From Camelus ferus (taxonomy: Eukaryota): a stretch of DNA of 64,000 nucleotides. A model generated the notes under the pieces. That model ran no database searches. It was not told the origin of the DNA and saw nothing but the letters and a program-made list of their open reading frames with translations. Position 1 is the first letter of the stretch, and each line of letters begins with the position of its first letter. Of the stretch, positions 40,901 to 50,989 are shown piece by piece. The stretch is from contig NC_045696.1 of assembly GCF_009834535.1 (NCBI RefSeq), forward strand, positions 120,034,001-120,098,000, written 5' to 3'. Made by a program: the position numbers and the translations under genes.

Positions 40901-43900
40901 AAACAAACAAAAGAAGACAAAGTCACAGATACAGAGAACAGATGAGTGGTTACCAGAGGGGAAGGGGTCAGCTGAACGGTGGTGGAAGGTGACTAGGCCC
41001 GTGGAGGCGATCACTTGGTGGTGCACACAGATGTCAAGCTAGAATGCTGTACACCAAAACTTACATAATTAAAAAAAAAGGCCTTCGGTCTCAGGTACCT
41101 ATGGGAATGAGGCTAGGTGTCTCCTCTGGACAACAGGCCCTGGACAGGGAGCCAGCACTCCGGGAAAACCACCCTACCCACTTCCCCATGCCCTCCTGGC
41201 AAGCGCGCCGCTCTCACCATGAGATGCCCCTCGAAGCTAACAGACCTGCCAGGGCTCCTCGCGAAGCGGTAAAGACCACGCAGCCCAGAGACCTTACACT
41301 GCACATCGATAAGGCTCTCCCAAATGCACTTATTTATTAAGTGCTTAAGATTGAAAAAAGACAGGGAAGTTTAGTTTAAATTCATAGCTTTGTGACGGCA
41401 AATTCTTCCTGTAATAATTTTAGTTACATGGGTATTAAAAGGTAAAAAATGGTACCCGTAATTTAAAAAACAATTGCCTAATGACTCAACCTCAATACTG
41501 TCAATTTTTTAATAAGAGTAAAATTCATTATTAACTTTCTACTCTTTCTTATCTTTTAAAGAGGAGTAACTTAGTTACATTTATAATAATTCAATAATTT
41601 TTTTAAGGAACTGTTAGGTAAAACTCACTAGTAAGGGGAGAAATCTGTTAGCACAATTCCACCGAATTCAGCTCACAGCTGTCATACATACAGTTTTCAG
41701 ACAGAGATCCACGGCCTCCGTATACAGCTCTATAGCATCTTCGACGTTGCCTTTCTCGTCTTCGTCAAAAGCTTGTGTAACAAGGAAATGGGCACGCTCC
41801 AAGTCCAATTGATGCTTTGACTTCAAAGGGTCCGCACTCTTTGACTGAACTAGGACAGGGAGAAGAGCCATGGCGAAGGAACGGTTACCCACACACACGT
41901 CCAGGGAACAGCAAACCATTTTAATACATTCTTCACCAAAACTCTATAGTCCTTCATCAAAGAAACTCAGCAAGGTCAAGAAAAACCTTATAAAAATTTT
42001 CCCTGAATTTCTCTGTCCTGACCAGCACTTTCTTCATTTAAAAAATAAAACACAGACGTCCTCCTCACATACCCTCCCCACAAAAAAACAAAACAAAAAC
42101 TTGGAAAATACTAAAGAAACTCAATTATGTTTTAAAGTAATTAAACATTTCTTTCAATTTTTTTTAAGTTGAAGTATAGTCAGTATACAATGTTGTGTCC
42201 CTTTTTGGTGTACAACATAATGTTTTGGTCATACATGTACATACAGATATTCCTTTTCATATTCTTTTTCATTATAGGTTACTACAAAATACTGAATATA
42301 GTTCCCTATGCTATACAGTATAAACTGGTTATTTATCTTACAGCACAGGGAGCTATATTCAACTTTTATAATAAGCTGTAATGGAAAAGAATCTTAAAAA
42401 AAATGTATGTACATGTATAACTGAATCACTTTGCTGTACACCTGAAACTAACATTGCAAACTGACTACACTTCAATAAAAAATAAGAATTAAAAATTTTT
42501 TCTCAGTACAGACAATAATTATATAACACACTAGGCCCTGATGATAAAATTCATACTGCTTCCTACTCACCTGAGTCCAGAATAAGCTATATTTTTACTG
42601 CTCTTTGAAAGTGTTTGTTTCTAAAGTGAAGACATGTATCCGTAAGGAACTTGTATCTAGAATATATAAAGATCTCTGACAATTCAACAATAAAAAGATA
42701 ACCCCAATCAACAAAATGAGTGTGATGATTGATTCTGTGAACAACTTGTGTTGACCTGACCGGATCCCAGGTGACCCAGCTATTTGGCCAGACATGTTTG
42801 GGAGGACATTTCTGCATGAAATCAGCATTTGGACTGGTAGTAAATGCAGAGGGCCTTCCCCATGTGGGTGGGCACCATCTAGTCCTTTCGGGCCTGACAG
42901 AACAAAACGGGGGGAGAATGTGACCTCTCTGTCTGCTGAGCTGACACACTGGTCCTCACCAGAACTCACACCATCAGCCCCCTGGGTCTCAGGCCTGTGA
43001 GCTGAGACTGCACCACACCAATGGCTCTGCTGGGTCTCCAGCTTGCCGAGGGCAGACAGTGGGACCTCTGAGCCTCTGTCATTGCACAAGCCAGATCCTC
43101 ACAACACATCTCTTTATACACATCCCACTGGCTCTGTTTCTCAGGAAACCCTGACTTATCCTGAGGGCTAAGCATCCGTAGAGCCATTTCTCCACAGCAG
43201 ATACTCAAGTGGCTGACAGGCACATGGAAAGATGCTCAATGTCACAGCATCAGGGAGATGCGAATCACCACCTCCAGGAGACACCTTTCACACCCACTAG
43301 GATGGCTAAAAGTAAGAACAGAAAGTAACAAGTGTTGGTAAGAAGTATGTGAAGGAAATGGAACTCTCACGTGGCTTGCGGAACTGAAAAACGGTCCAGC
43401 CACTCTGGAAAACAGTTTAGCCAAAGTTTCTCAAAAAGTCAGATGTAAAGCTACCATATGACCTAGCAATTCTACTTCTGGGTATCTGTCCAAGAGAACC
43501 GAAAACATACGGCTACACAAAAACGCACACACAAGTGTTCATCACAGCTTTACTTGTAACAGCCAAAAGGTGGGGATGAGCCCATGTCCCAGCTGATGGG
43601 TGGACAGATACAACGTGGTGTATTAACACCATGGCATACTATCCAGCCTTAAAAAGAAACGAACCACCAGTACCTGCTACATGGATAAAACCTGGAAACA
43701 TTACGCTAAATGAAAGAGGCCAGATGCAGAAGGCCATGTACTGGATGATTCTCTCTATACGTGATGTCCAGAATGGGCAAATCCATGGAGACAGAAAATA
43801 GATTAGTGGTCGCTAGGGCCTGGAGGTGGGAGGAATGGGGAGTGACTGCTAACTGCGAAGTTTCTTTCATGGTGTTCTAAAATTAGATAGTGGAGATGGT

Positions 43901-46900
43901 TGCACAACTCTGGGAATACAATAAAAACCACTGAATTTACACTATAAAAAGGTGAATTTGATGGTATGTGAATTATATCTCAATAAAACTGTTATTTTAA
44001 AAAAAAGTTTTAAGTTTTGTGTGTCTCAAAACTGGGTTTGATCTATTAAAAACTGTAACCCTCAGGAACACCTCTCTAAAGTAGGTACTGATCCCACTTA
44101 CAAAATGAATGTTAAAATATCGAGCTCAAGGGTTCTCAGCCTTGGCAATACCGACATTTTCGGCTGGACAATTCTTTGCTGTGGACGACCCCTAAGCGTT
44201 GGGGGATTTTCAGCAATATCCCTGCCCCTCCCCAGCAAGATGCTAGTAGCATACTGCACCCCTACCCTGCACATAAAAATCAGGGATCTCTCCAGACACT
44301 GCCAAATATCTACTGAGGGAGAAAAAGTCGATTCTAGCTGAGAATGAGTACCGAGCCTAAGGTTTCGCAGCTGCCAAGTGGAAGGGTAAGGACTCAGCTC
44401 AGATCTCTAAATTCCAAGTCTTGAGTTCTTCACACTACACTGGTGAATTTCAAACCATGTTACCTTTCCCCAACCCAAAAGTCAACCCATCTCTCAAAAG
44501 CTTCTTGACTGTCAGCAGACTTTATCTGTTTTAAGTTGGGGTTCTGAACAAGATTTTTATTTGATAAGGGACTCTTCTGCTTGAAATAATAATTAAGTAA
44601 ACCATTTAATTCTCTATAGATGGCATTCCACTTGTTGAACAAAATGGGTCAAAGAGCTGGCAAACAATTAAGATATATTATGCTTCAGAGATCCTTTTTG
44701 AACTTTACCTTTGTTTCACTGGGCAGTTTTTATTCTTCAAGAGATTAGGGCTGTCTCATTCTGTGCCTGAGTACCACACAAACACCATATTTACGAATTT
44801 AAGAGCTTCCTTTACTTGACTGCAAAAATGGAGTTCCTCTGAATTTCACAGTACCGTGAGTGCACGCATCACTACAACTTTTATTAAATGAGGCCCCCAT
44901 ACAGGGGCAGTCCACTTTTCAAGATATTCTACACATGCAATACTTCCCGTACTATGAGGATAACTTTATTTGAAAACACTGTTTCTGAAACCAGGTTCCT
45001 GATTATTGGGCAATTAAGTTTAAGAACATCATTTACTTACCTAGGAAAATGAAGTTCCTCTGAATTTCATGGTGTTCTGAATACATGAAATCAGTACAAC
45101 TTTGCACCAAATGAGGCCCTTTTCAATGCATGCAATTTCTGGGCACTGTCTTAATTGAAACTACAGTGTCTTTAAGGGGACTGTCATAACAAGAAACCCA
45201 ATGATCAAATTTACTGTATCACAACTATGAGCTTATAAATGCTCAAGTCTATTTGGAACGAGTGGTGGGAAGTCTACAAGGGAATGCTGAATAAGTAAAG
45301 ACTCCGTTAAGCCAGAGGCTTTATTACACAGCCACAGGAGAAAAAGGGATAAGAGAGTCCCCAGTGCTGTGAACGCATTTCTACAACAAAACGTCAACAG
45401 GAGATCATTTTCTTTTCTCCCTGTGTGAACAGCAGACCCTGACAGGAACCACTGACCTCGTACACAACTGCCATCACTAAGCCTGGGTACAACCGCCACG
45501 CTGCTTACAAAAATAAACCCAGGTTGTTCCAGGACTCTGCTTACATGTCACTTTTCCAAGATGTGGCTAAAAGGAAGAGATGAGCCCAGGCCTTGAGGCT
45601 GAGGACACTGATGCAGTGAAGACTGTGAACCCACTGCCAAGTCTTCCAGCACTGAAGAGGAGGACTCATCCCACGTTAATAGCAGGACAGGGCATGTGAC
45701 AGACGCTGAAAAGCAGACTTTAACAGGGTCCTAAACCTGACTCGCCAACGATGTGCTGATTTGAACATAGAGAACTCATCTCCACCCTCTGGGAGACTAG
45801 AAAATTGGGCCTTATTACCTCTATGGTTCCTGTTCAAACATCTATCACTTACCTCCATGTCACCATTTTTAAAGACATGATTACCAAAAGGGGAATGAAC
45901 AGCAGGAGTGAGGATGAAGAATCAAAGATGAAAAGCAGGGGGAAGGTTTAGCTTAGCGGCAGTGTGTGCCTAGCATGCACGAGATCCTGGGTTCAATCCC
46001 TAGTACTTCCACTAAAAACAAATAAAAACCTAATCTCCTCCCCCCAAAACAAACAAACAAAAAAGATGAGACCCACCGGGGAAGTGTGAGATGTGACAAG
46101 AAAGGAGGGGAGCACAGTGACACGGTGCACGGCCCTTTACCAACCTGCTGAGTGTAAAGCCTGCACTCTCTCCAGATACTCGTTTATTTTTTCTTGGATG
46201 TGTTCCAGGCCCGAGCCTGCCATCTCAGCATAGATCAAAGCTTGTGCAGCTTCCTAAAAATAAGAAAAGAATTCAAAGGAATCCAACAGATGAGTTACAA
46301 TTTTGATTTTCTTTACCACTTTCTAACTCACTGTCAGTTTCTCTGCAGGACGAAACAAGAATGTCCTTAAGATGCTAGTAATTTTTTCATAAACTAAATG
46401 AGTTGTATAATCCTTTCATATCTTCTCCATTCTCAATGCTCCTGATTTTCTCATACTGTTGAAAATTTACAAAGTCAAATAGGAGGGACTGATTGCAAAC
46501 ATCTTCTTAGAGGAGCTAGGGTTTGTTTTCTGTGTTCCTTTTTCTTTAGGTCATAGGTCAGACTTGAAATTATATACCTTGAAAAGGTGAACTGAGCCTT
46601 GAAAGCATTACAAGTTATAACCAATTAAGATTAAATTAATGTCAATACAATGAATTATAAAGGTTACGTATCTCACAGTGGAAAGAAAATCTTTTTCTCC
46701 ACTGAAAATACTGTCAAAGGGGGACACATTTTAAGGCAGACTTCAATTGTAGGAAATAAATGGATTTTAATTAAGGAAACCTGGATTCGTCTTCCGGTTA
46801 CTCTGTAACCTCCTCAGCCAGTTAGGCTGTGAGGAAGGAGCCTGCACTCTCTCTGTCATCATTCTAGGAGAGCAGCCAGAGGGAAGAACTGCCAGAGGCT

Positions 46901-49679
46901 TTCCCAAGTGCCACCACCTTCTCTGCAGCCATCTAAGTGTGTGCTTAGATTCATGGAACCTCACACTTAATTATCTGAATCCACAGAAGCCATCTACTGA
47001 GCATCACTTTTTGAATCCAGTTATTAGAGGAGTTGCTTCACTGAACCTACAAAATCAGTAAGAAGAGAACATTTTTGAGCCAAGTGGTAACTGGGGGGTG
47101 GAAAAGATACAATTTCCTCAGATTTTGTAATTCAGATATTTTAGGGGAGGAAAATATAACTTTACAAGTAAACACTAAAGTGAATTTTAAAAGCTGTTGG
47201 TCTATAGAATGGGAGAAAATATTTGCAAATGAGACTGACAAGTGATTCATTTCCAAAATATATAAACAGCTCATACAGCTTAATACCAAAAAACAAACAG
47301 CGCAATCAAAAAATGGGCAGAAGACCTAAATAGACATTTTTCCAAAGAAGACAGAGGGCCACCAGGCAAATGAAAAGATGCTCAACAGCACTATCTATCT
47401 GAGAAACGCAAATCAAAATTACAATGAGGTATCACATCAGTGAGAATAGCCATCGTTAAAAAGTCTACAAACAATAACTGCTGGAGAGGGTGTGGAGAAA
47501 GAGGAACCCTCCTACACTGGGGGTGGGAATGTAAACTCGTGCAGCCATTATGAAGAATAGTATGGAGTTTCCTTAAAAAACTGAAAATAAAGTTACCATA
47601 TGATCTAGCAATCCCACTCCTGGGCATATTATCCTGAGAAAACTCTTAAATAAAAAAGATAGATGCACCCCAATGTTCAAAGCAGTACTGTTTACAATAG
47701 CCAAGACATGGAAGGAACCTAAGTGTCCATCAACAGATGACTGGATAAAGAACTTGTATATTTATACACAATGGAATATTACTCAGCCATAAAAAGGAAT
47801 AAAATAATGCCATTTGTAGCAACATAGATGGACCTGGAGATCATCATACTAAGTGAAGTAAGTCAGACAGAGAAAGACAAATATCATATGATATCGCATA
47901 TATGTGGAATCTAAAAAAAAGGACACAAACAAACTTACTTACAAACCAGAAATAGACTCACAGACATGGAAAACAAACTACGGTTACCAAAGGGGAAAAG
48001 GGCTGGGAGAGGGATAAATTAGGAGTCTGGGATTAGCAGATACACACTGCTATACATAAAATAGATAATCAACAAGGTCTTATATTCAATTTCCTGTAAT
48101 AATATATAATGGGAAAATAATCTGAAAAAGAATATACATGTATATATAACTGAATCACTTTGCTGTATACCTGAAGCTAATAACACTGTAAATCAAGTAA
48201 ACTTCAGTTTTTAAAAAAAGTTGCTGGTATCTACTTTATTTTCCTTATTTCACTTGTATTTGAAAATGACTAACAATTAAGGAATCCCAGATAGAACAGT
48301 GAGATGACAGAAAACACTAAATATCTAATACACTTTACATAAATAGTTCCTATAAACAGACTTTTCTGACTCTCTCGAGTAAGACATTCTTCGTAACATG
48401 CATGTAATCCTACAGCAAAACAAGAGGCACTGAACAGTATTTTCTTTTGCTTTAGAAAAAAGCTATTTCATATGGCACGATTTTAACCTACGAATATTTG
48501 TTACCTATTTCACAAACCTAAGTCTTACTTTTAAGGAAATACCACTGTCATGAAATTGTCACCAAGAATAGGTCCAAAGGAAATGATTCTGAAACACACC
48601 CAAAGTTTCTAAACAGAGATTATAAAATGAACGCAATCAAACATTAACCTGAGACAGTAAATCACACGGTACTGATAGCACTATGTTCATGGGGAAAAAA
48701 CGACTACTACTGTATTATCAAAGTCTGACGTTCTTTCTAAAAGCAAATGTGACAATACCCTGAGGATACAGCTACCTACCTCCACAGGGAGGCGGAGGGC
48801 TTGTCTAGAGCTGAAGGTGTGTCTGCAAATCCTGGGAGCAGAGGGTGGTCTGTGAAGCTCATACTCTTTGATTAAATAATTCTGGCCCCGGTAATTTATC
48901 CAAAGTAAGTATCAGAGTAATGTGAAAAGCTTTAGCTCTAAGGACATTATGATGAAAAACCAGAATGGCCATAAAACGGCCAGAAATGGTTACAAAGAAA
49001 TTCTGGTACGTCCACAGGATGAAAATACTATGCATCTACTATTAACAAGATTATATCATAGGTGTAAGTTTAATGATTTTTCAAAAGTTTAAATGAAGAG
49101 GTTAAAACAAGCATCAACACTATGGTCTAAGTTTGTTTTTTAAAAAAGGTGTGGACACATACGTGAGTAGAAAAACATTCACAAAGATATGCATCCAATG
49201 CTGGGATACGTGATGTTTTCGTCTCTTTTAATTTACTTTTGTCTTCCGCAATGAACACGCACTGCGTGCACTGTCTGGGTGTCTACCGGAGACCAAGCCC
49301 CAGGGGCCAGCAATCAGAGCCCAGGGACGGTAAGGACCGCCAGCTCTGACTGCCGCCGTGAGGGGCGGCTTAGCGCTGCCACCACAGGAGGGGTCGCTCC
49401 GCCGCCGCAAGCCCACCTTCCCACGGCCGCAGGCCCCGGGCGGGACTCGGGGGCGGGTCTGACCTCCGCAGCCCCGGTCGCCACCCCGAAAGGGCAGCAG
49501 GAAGACCAGACCGACTGCAAAGCCTCGGCCCCGGGACCCGGACCCCGCCCCCTGACGGAGCCGTGGCCCCGACCCACCTTGTAATAAAATACGGCCTCGG
49601 GGTAGCGGCCCTCGTGGTCGCGCTGCACCGCCAGCCGCGCGAACTGCACGGCGTCCCGCTCCAGCGCCGTCGCGTCCAT
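5375..49679 (-). CDS. CAPN7: Calpain-7 (PalBH) whole gene span: 21 coding exons, 2442 nt, 813 aa (tandem MIT domains, CysPc protease core, C-terminal CBSW-type domains)
   Basis: All 21 exons were located with GT-AG boundaries and consistent phases, summing to 813 codons plus stop. The translation closely matches recalled human CAPN7. Catalytic Cys (31068-31070), His (25939-25941) and Asn (13207-13209) are intact. Confidence 0.98.
5613..5705 (-). CDS. CAPN7: CAPN7 exon 20 (QYSVGFEVV...SSGDYR)
   Basis: AG/GTAAGG boundaries; 93-nt intron to exon 21. Confidence 0.95.
6731..6880 (+). mobile_element. tRNA-Ala-derived camelid-type SINE (Vic-1-like)
   Basis: GGGGAGGG head, A-box-like AGCTCAGCGGTAG, B-box-like GAGTTCAATC, (CAAAAA)n tail. 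Confidence 0.85.
7204..7334 (-). CDS. CAPN7: CAPN7 exon 19 ([16 protein letters not shown]...LRGPR)
   Basis: tattag acceptor, gtttgt donor; translation matches. Confidence 0.95.
7829..7891 (-). CDS. CAPN7: CAPN7 exon 18 ([21 protein letters not shown])
   Basis: 63 nt; AG/GTGAGA boundaries. Confidence 0.95.
8565..8710 (-). CDS. CAPN7: CAPN7 exon 17 ([16 protein letters not shown]...HYTVR)
   Basis: ttgcag acceptor, gtgagt donor. Confidence 0.95.
10200..11320 (+). mobile_element. Ancient L2 LINE remnant
   Basis: Degenerate L2 3' region motifs (ggccttcc...cacc, ttgctcatctgtctcc...ctagaacataaact); boundaries approximate. Confidence 0.6.
11810..11885 (-). CDS. CAPN7: CAPN7 exon 16 ([25 protein letters not shown])
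   Basis: 76 nt; AG/GTACGT boundaries. Confidence 0.95.
12438..12573 (-). CDS. CAPN7: CAPN7 exon 15 ([11 protein letters not shown]...HITDK)
   Basis: ttttag acceptor, gtgcgg donor. Confidence 0.95.
12859..12958 (-). CDS. CAPN7: CAPN7 exon 14 ([14 protein letters not shown]...TCIH)
   Basis: 100 nt; AG/GTAACT boundaries. Confidence 0.95.
13089..13233 (-). CDS. CAPN7: CAPN7 exon 13 ([11 protein letters not shown]...; catalytic Asn478)
   Basis: Calpain KNPW motif; donor gtaagt. Confidence 0.96.
15203..18920 (+). mobile_element. Rearranged L1: short 5'UTR piece fused to ORF2 (RT region to 3'UTR) with an internal repeat; frameshifted
   Basis: ORF2-like peptides (HPFMIKTL...[44 protein letters not shown]) broken by stops and frameshifts. 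Confidence 0.92.
19111..19141. repeat. (CA)15 microsatellite
   Basis: Read directly. Confidence 0.98.
19545..20302 (+). mobile_element. 5'-truncated L1 (end of ORF2 plus 3'UTR and A-tail), containing (CA)n at ~19903-19936
   Basis: [12 protein letters not shown] peptide, L1 3'UTR motifs and AATAAAAAAAAA end. Confidence 0.88.
20303..24540 (+). mobile_element. Older L1 (L1MA-like): inter-ORF spacer, near-complete decayed ORF2 and 3'UTR
   Basis: Endonuclease peptides ([22 protein letters not shown]) and RT peptides ([23 protein letters not shown]) with many frameshifts. Confidence 0.9.
25906..26026 (-). CDS. CAPN7: CAPN7 exon 12 (FHKGDVLIT...[14 protein letters not shown]; catalytic His458)
   Basis: HAYAV motif; ccag acceptor, gtttgg donor. 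Confidence 0.96.
26777..26883 (-). CDS. CAPN7: CAPN7 exon 11 ([13 protein letters not shown]...LYQR)
   Basis: 107 nt; AG/GTAAAC boundaries. Confidence 0.95.
28099..28245 (-). CDS. CAPN7: CAPN7 exon 10 (VIIDDQLP...LIEKAYMK...GSNS)
   Basis: Calpain VIIDD/EKAY motifs; donor gtaagt. Confidence 0.96.
28826..29190. mobile_element. MER5-type hAT DNA transposon fragments
   Basis: MER5 motifs (cagcagcatc...cacctagaaa, ggggcccagcaatctg, ccaggtgacgctgatg). Confidence 0.6.
29674..29767 (-). CDS. CAPN7: CAPN7 exon 9 ([19 protein letters not shown]...VPRK)
   Basis: 94 nt; donor gtgagt. Confidence 0.95.
31000..31085 (-). CDS. CAPN7: CAPN7 exon 8 ([13 protein letters not shown]...; catalytic Cys290)
   Basis: DCSF motif; aacag acceptor, gtaaaa donor. 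Confidence 0.96.
32114..32240 (-). CDS. CAPN7: CAPN7 exon 7 ([13 protein letters not shown]...SIKQ)
   Basis: 127 nt; cctcag acceptor, gtaaac donor. Confidence 0.95.
32529..32666 (+). mobile_element. tRNA-Ala-derived camelid-type SINE with TSD
   Basis: GGGGAGGGTATAGCTCAG...GGGTTCAGTCCCC. TSD aagaatatacctcaaaag (32511-32528) / aagaacatacttcaaaag (32667-32684). Confidence 0.92.
34305..34431 (-). mobile_element. tRNA-derived SINE with 15-bp perfect TSD
   Basis: TSD tctctgcttagattt at 34290-34304 and 34432-34446. Confidence 0.9.
35325..35458 (-). mobile_element. tRNA-Ala-derived SINE
   Basis: Reverse complement reads GGGGCGGGTATAGCTCAAGTGGTAGAG...GGTTCAATCCCCAGTACC followed by an A-rich tail. 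Confidence 0.9.
36138..36224 (-). CDS. CAPN7: CAPN7 exon 6 ([13 protein letters not shown]...YPMPF)
   Basis: 87 nt; donor gtaagt. Confidence 0.95.
37449..37945. mobile_element. MER58-like DNA transposon interrupted by a minus-strand L1 3' fragment (~37490-37805)
   Basis: caggggttgacaaactttttccgtaaagggccagata start. L1 TSD aaagggcc(a/g)gatatta at 37473-37488 and 37806-37821. Confidence 0.7.
38321..38521 (-). CDS. CAPN7: CAPN7 exon 5 ([11 protein letters not shown]...EEIEVLR)
   Basis: 201 nt; ttccag acceptor, gtaact donor. Confidence 0.96.
40507..40574 (-). CDS. CAPN7: CAPN7 exon 4 ([22 protein letters not shown])
   Basis: 68 nt; donor gtgagt. Confidence 0.95.
41692..41849 (-). CDS. CAPN7: CAPN7 exon 3 ([12 protein letters not shown]...DLCLKT; second MIT domain)
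   Basis: 158 nt; cctag acceptor, gtatgt donor. Confidence 0.95.
42168..42485. mobile_element. Two L1 3'-end fragments in opposite orientation (42168-42338 -, 42339-42485 +)
   Basis: Both carry the ...gggaactatattca...tgtacacc...ctgacta(t/c)acttca L1 3' end. Confidence 0.85.
42647..44005 (+). mobile_element. Old L1 (L1MB-like) 3' part, interrupted by an MLT2-type LTR at ~42721-43160
   Basis: L1 sequence resumes after the LTR. MLT2-like motifs include tgtgatg..., atgtgggtgggcaccatc and ctgtttctcaggaaaccctgact. Confidence 0.75.
45938..46063 (+). mobile_element. tRNA-Ala-derived SINE, antisense to CAPN7, in intron 2
   Basis: GGGGGAAGGTTTAGCTTAG...GGGTTCAATCCC with an A-rich tail; imperfect TSD aaagatga. 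Confidence 0.85.
46145..46253 (-). CDS. CAPN7: CAPN7 exon 2 ([13 protein letters not shown]...ALHSA)
   Basis: 109 nt; donor gttggt is required by reading phase. Confidence 0.94.
47202..48215 (+). mobile_element. 5'-truncated L1 (end of ORF2 plus 3'UTR) with TSD
   Basis: TSD aaaagctgttggt (47189-47201) / aaaagttgctggt (48216-48228). Confidence 0.9.
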
Positions 49680-50130
49680 GGTGGCCCGACACCGGGACAC
49701 ACCGCCGCGCGCCCGGGGACGGGGCCAAGCGAGGCCTGGGAGACTCTGAGAAAAACGGCGGCGACCACTTCCGGCTGCGCGCGCTTCCGGTGGCGCCCAC
49801 TTCTGGCAGCGGAGGGAGGATCGCGGCCCGGACCTCTGAGCAGACGGACTCACAGCCCGCGGGCCGCCCCGCCCATCGGCTGTCCCGCGCAGGCGCACCC
49901 TGGCCCGCGGGACCGCGCGGGCGGGGCTCCTGGCTCGGCCTGCCCGTGACCGCCACGGTGCCCGGTATTGGACGGGCGACAGCGGTATCACGCCTCCTCT
50001 GTCTGCGCGAGGGTGGCAGTGCCGGTGGAGACCCGTGACTGGCGCTGCCGGGGAAGAGGAGCGCATGCGCCTTACGGAGCCCCCCCCCCAACACTGAGTG
50101 CAAAGGCGTGGCGTACAGACCCTCCGAGGA
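49280..50130. promoter_or_regulatory. CAPN7: CAPN7 CpG-island promoter with paired ETS/GABP-type motifs (49767-49774, 49783-49790) and an NRF1 palindrome GCGCATGCGC (50061-50070)
   Basis: Very high GC and CpG density around exon 1. Motifs read directly; binding is inferred. Confidence 0.85.
49578..49679 (-). CDS. CAPN7: CAPN7 exon 1 coding part ([16 protein letters not shown]...FYYK)
   Basis: Perfect Kozak context GCCACCATGG; donor gtgggt. Confidence 0.97.
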
Positions 50131-50244
50131 GCTCCACCTAACGCTGTCTGCACTGATTTTTTTATTTTTTAATTAGGGAAATAAACGCAGGATGAAGGAC
50201 ATCGCTTGGTAATCTGGTTTACTCATTTATTATTGCTATTAATT

Positions 50245-50317
50245 CAGTACTGGGGATTGAACCCAGGACCTCAAGCATGCTAAGCATTCGTTGTACCACT
50301 GAGCTATACAGTCTCCC
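50245..50317 (-). mobile_element. tRNA-Ala-like SINE head beside the CAPN7 promoter
   Basis: Reverse complement GGGAGACTGTATAGCTCAGTGGTAC...GGTTCAATCCCCAGTAC; the acceptor stem does not pair. Confidence 0.75.
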
Positions 50318-50449
50318 ACAGATACTATTCAATAAAGTTCGTGTCACAAGCTCAGCGTAACCCTGTATAGCTGCCCCAGGTGTAAGATATTGATTATCTG
50401 TGTTCAGGTTAAGCGAATGCTGCGGTAATTACTCAGGCGCCCCAAACCA

Positions 50450-50687
50450 TTCTAATAGTAACATCAAAGATCACTGATCACAGATCACTGTAACAAATAT
50501 AATAATGAAAAAGTTTGAGATATTGCAAGAATTAGCAAAACGTGACACAGAGACATCAAGTGAGTAAATGCTGTTGGAAAAATGATGCCGATAGACTTGC
50601 CCGATGCAGGAATGCCACAAACCCCAAATTTGTAAAAACCGAAACAACTCAGTGTCTGCGAAGCATAATACAATGCGGTCTGCCTAT
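50450..50687 (+). mobile_element. Tigger1-like DNA transposon 3' end
   Basis: gatcacagatcactgtaacaaatataataatgaaaaagtttga...gctgttggaaaaatgatgccgatagacttg...tgcctata. Confidence 0.8.
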
Positions 50688-50989
50688 AATGGAAAAATGA
50701 AATAATTTCCTTACCCACAAACACCACCCTATGACTCCCACACGGGAAGAGCAAAACCATCGTTTGCTCTTGACTTTTGTTTCAGTTGCTCACTAGTATG
50801 ATCAGGGACCAGTTTTTCAAATCACAGACTGCAGACACTGGTACTAGAAATAGAACAAAAGATTCTGGGGGGAAATTGTACAAAATGAGCTTTATTTTCC
50901 AACAGATATGATTATTTTGGCCCCTTTGCCATTTTTGTAGGTCAAAAACTGTTGACTTTCAGCTGCATTTCAATTTCCTATGGTTCAAC

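Noticed and set aside
49228..50153. Long overlapping ORFs (291 and 279 aa) in the CpG island
   Set aside because: Stop codons are depleted in GC-rich DNA. Only 49578-49679 matches CAPN7, and it has its own Kozak ATG.
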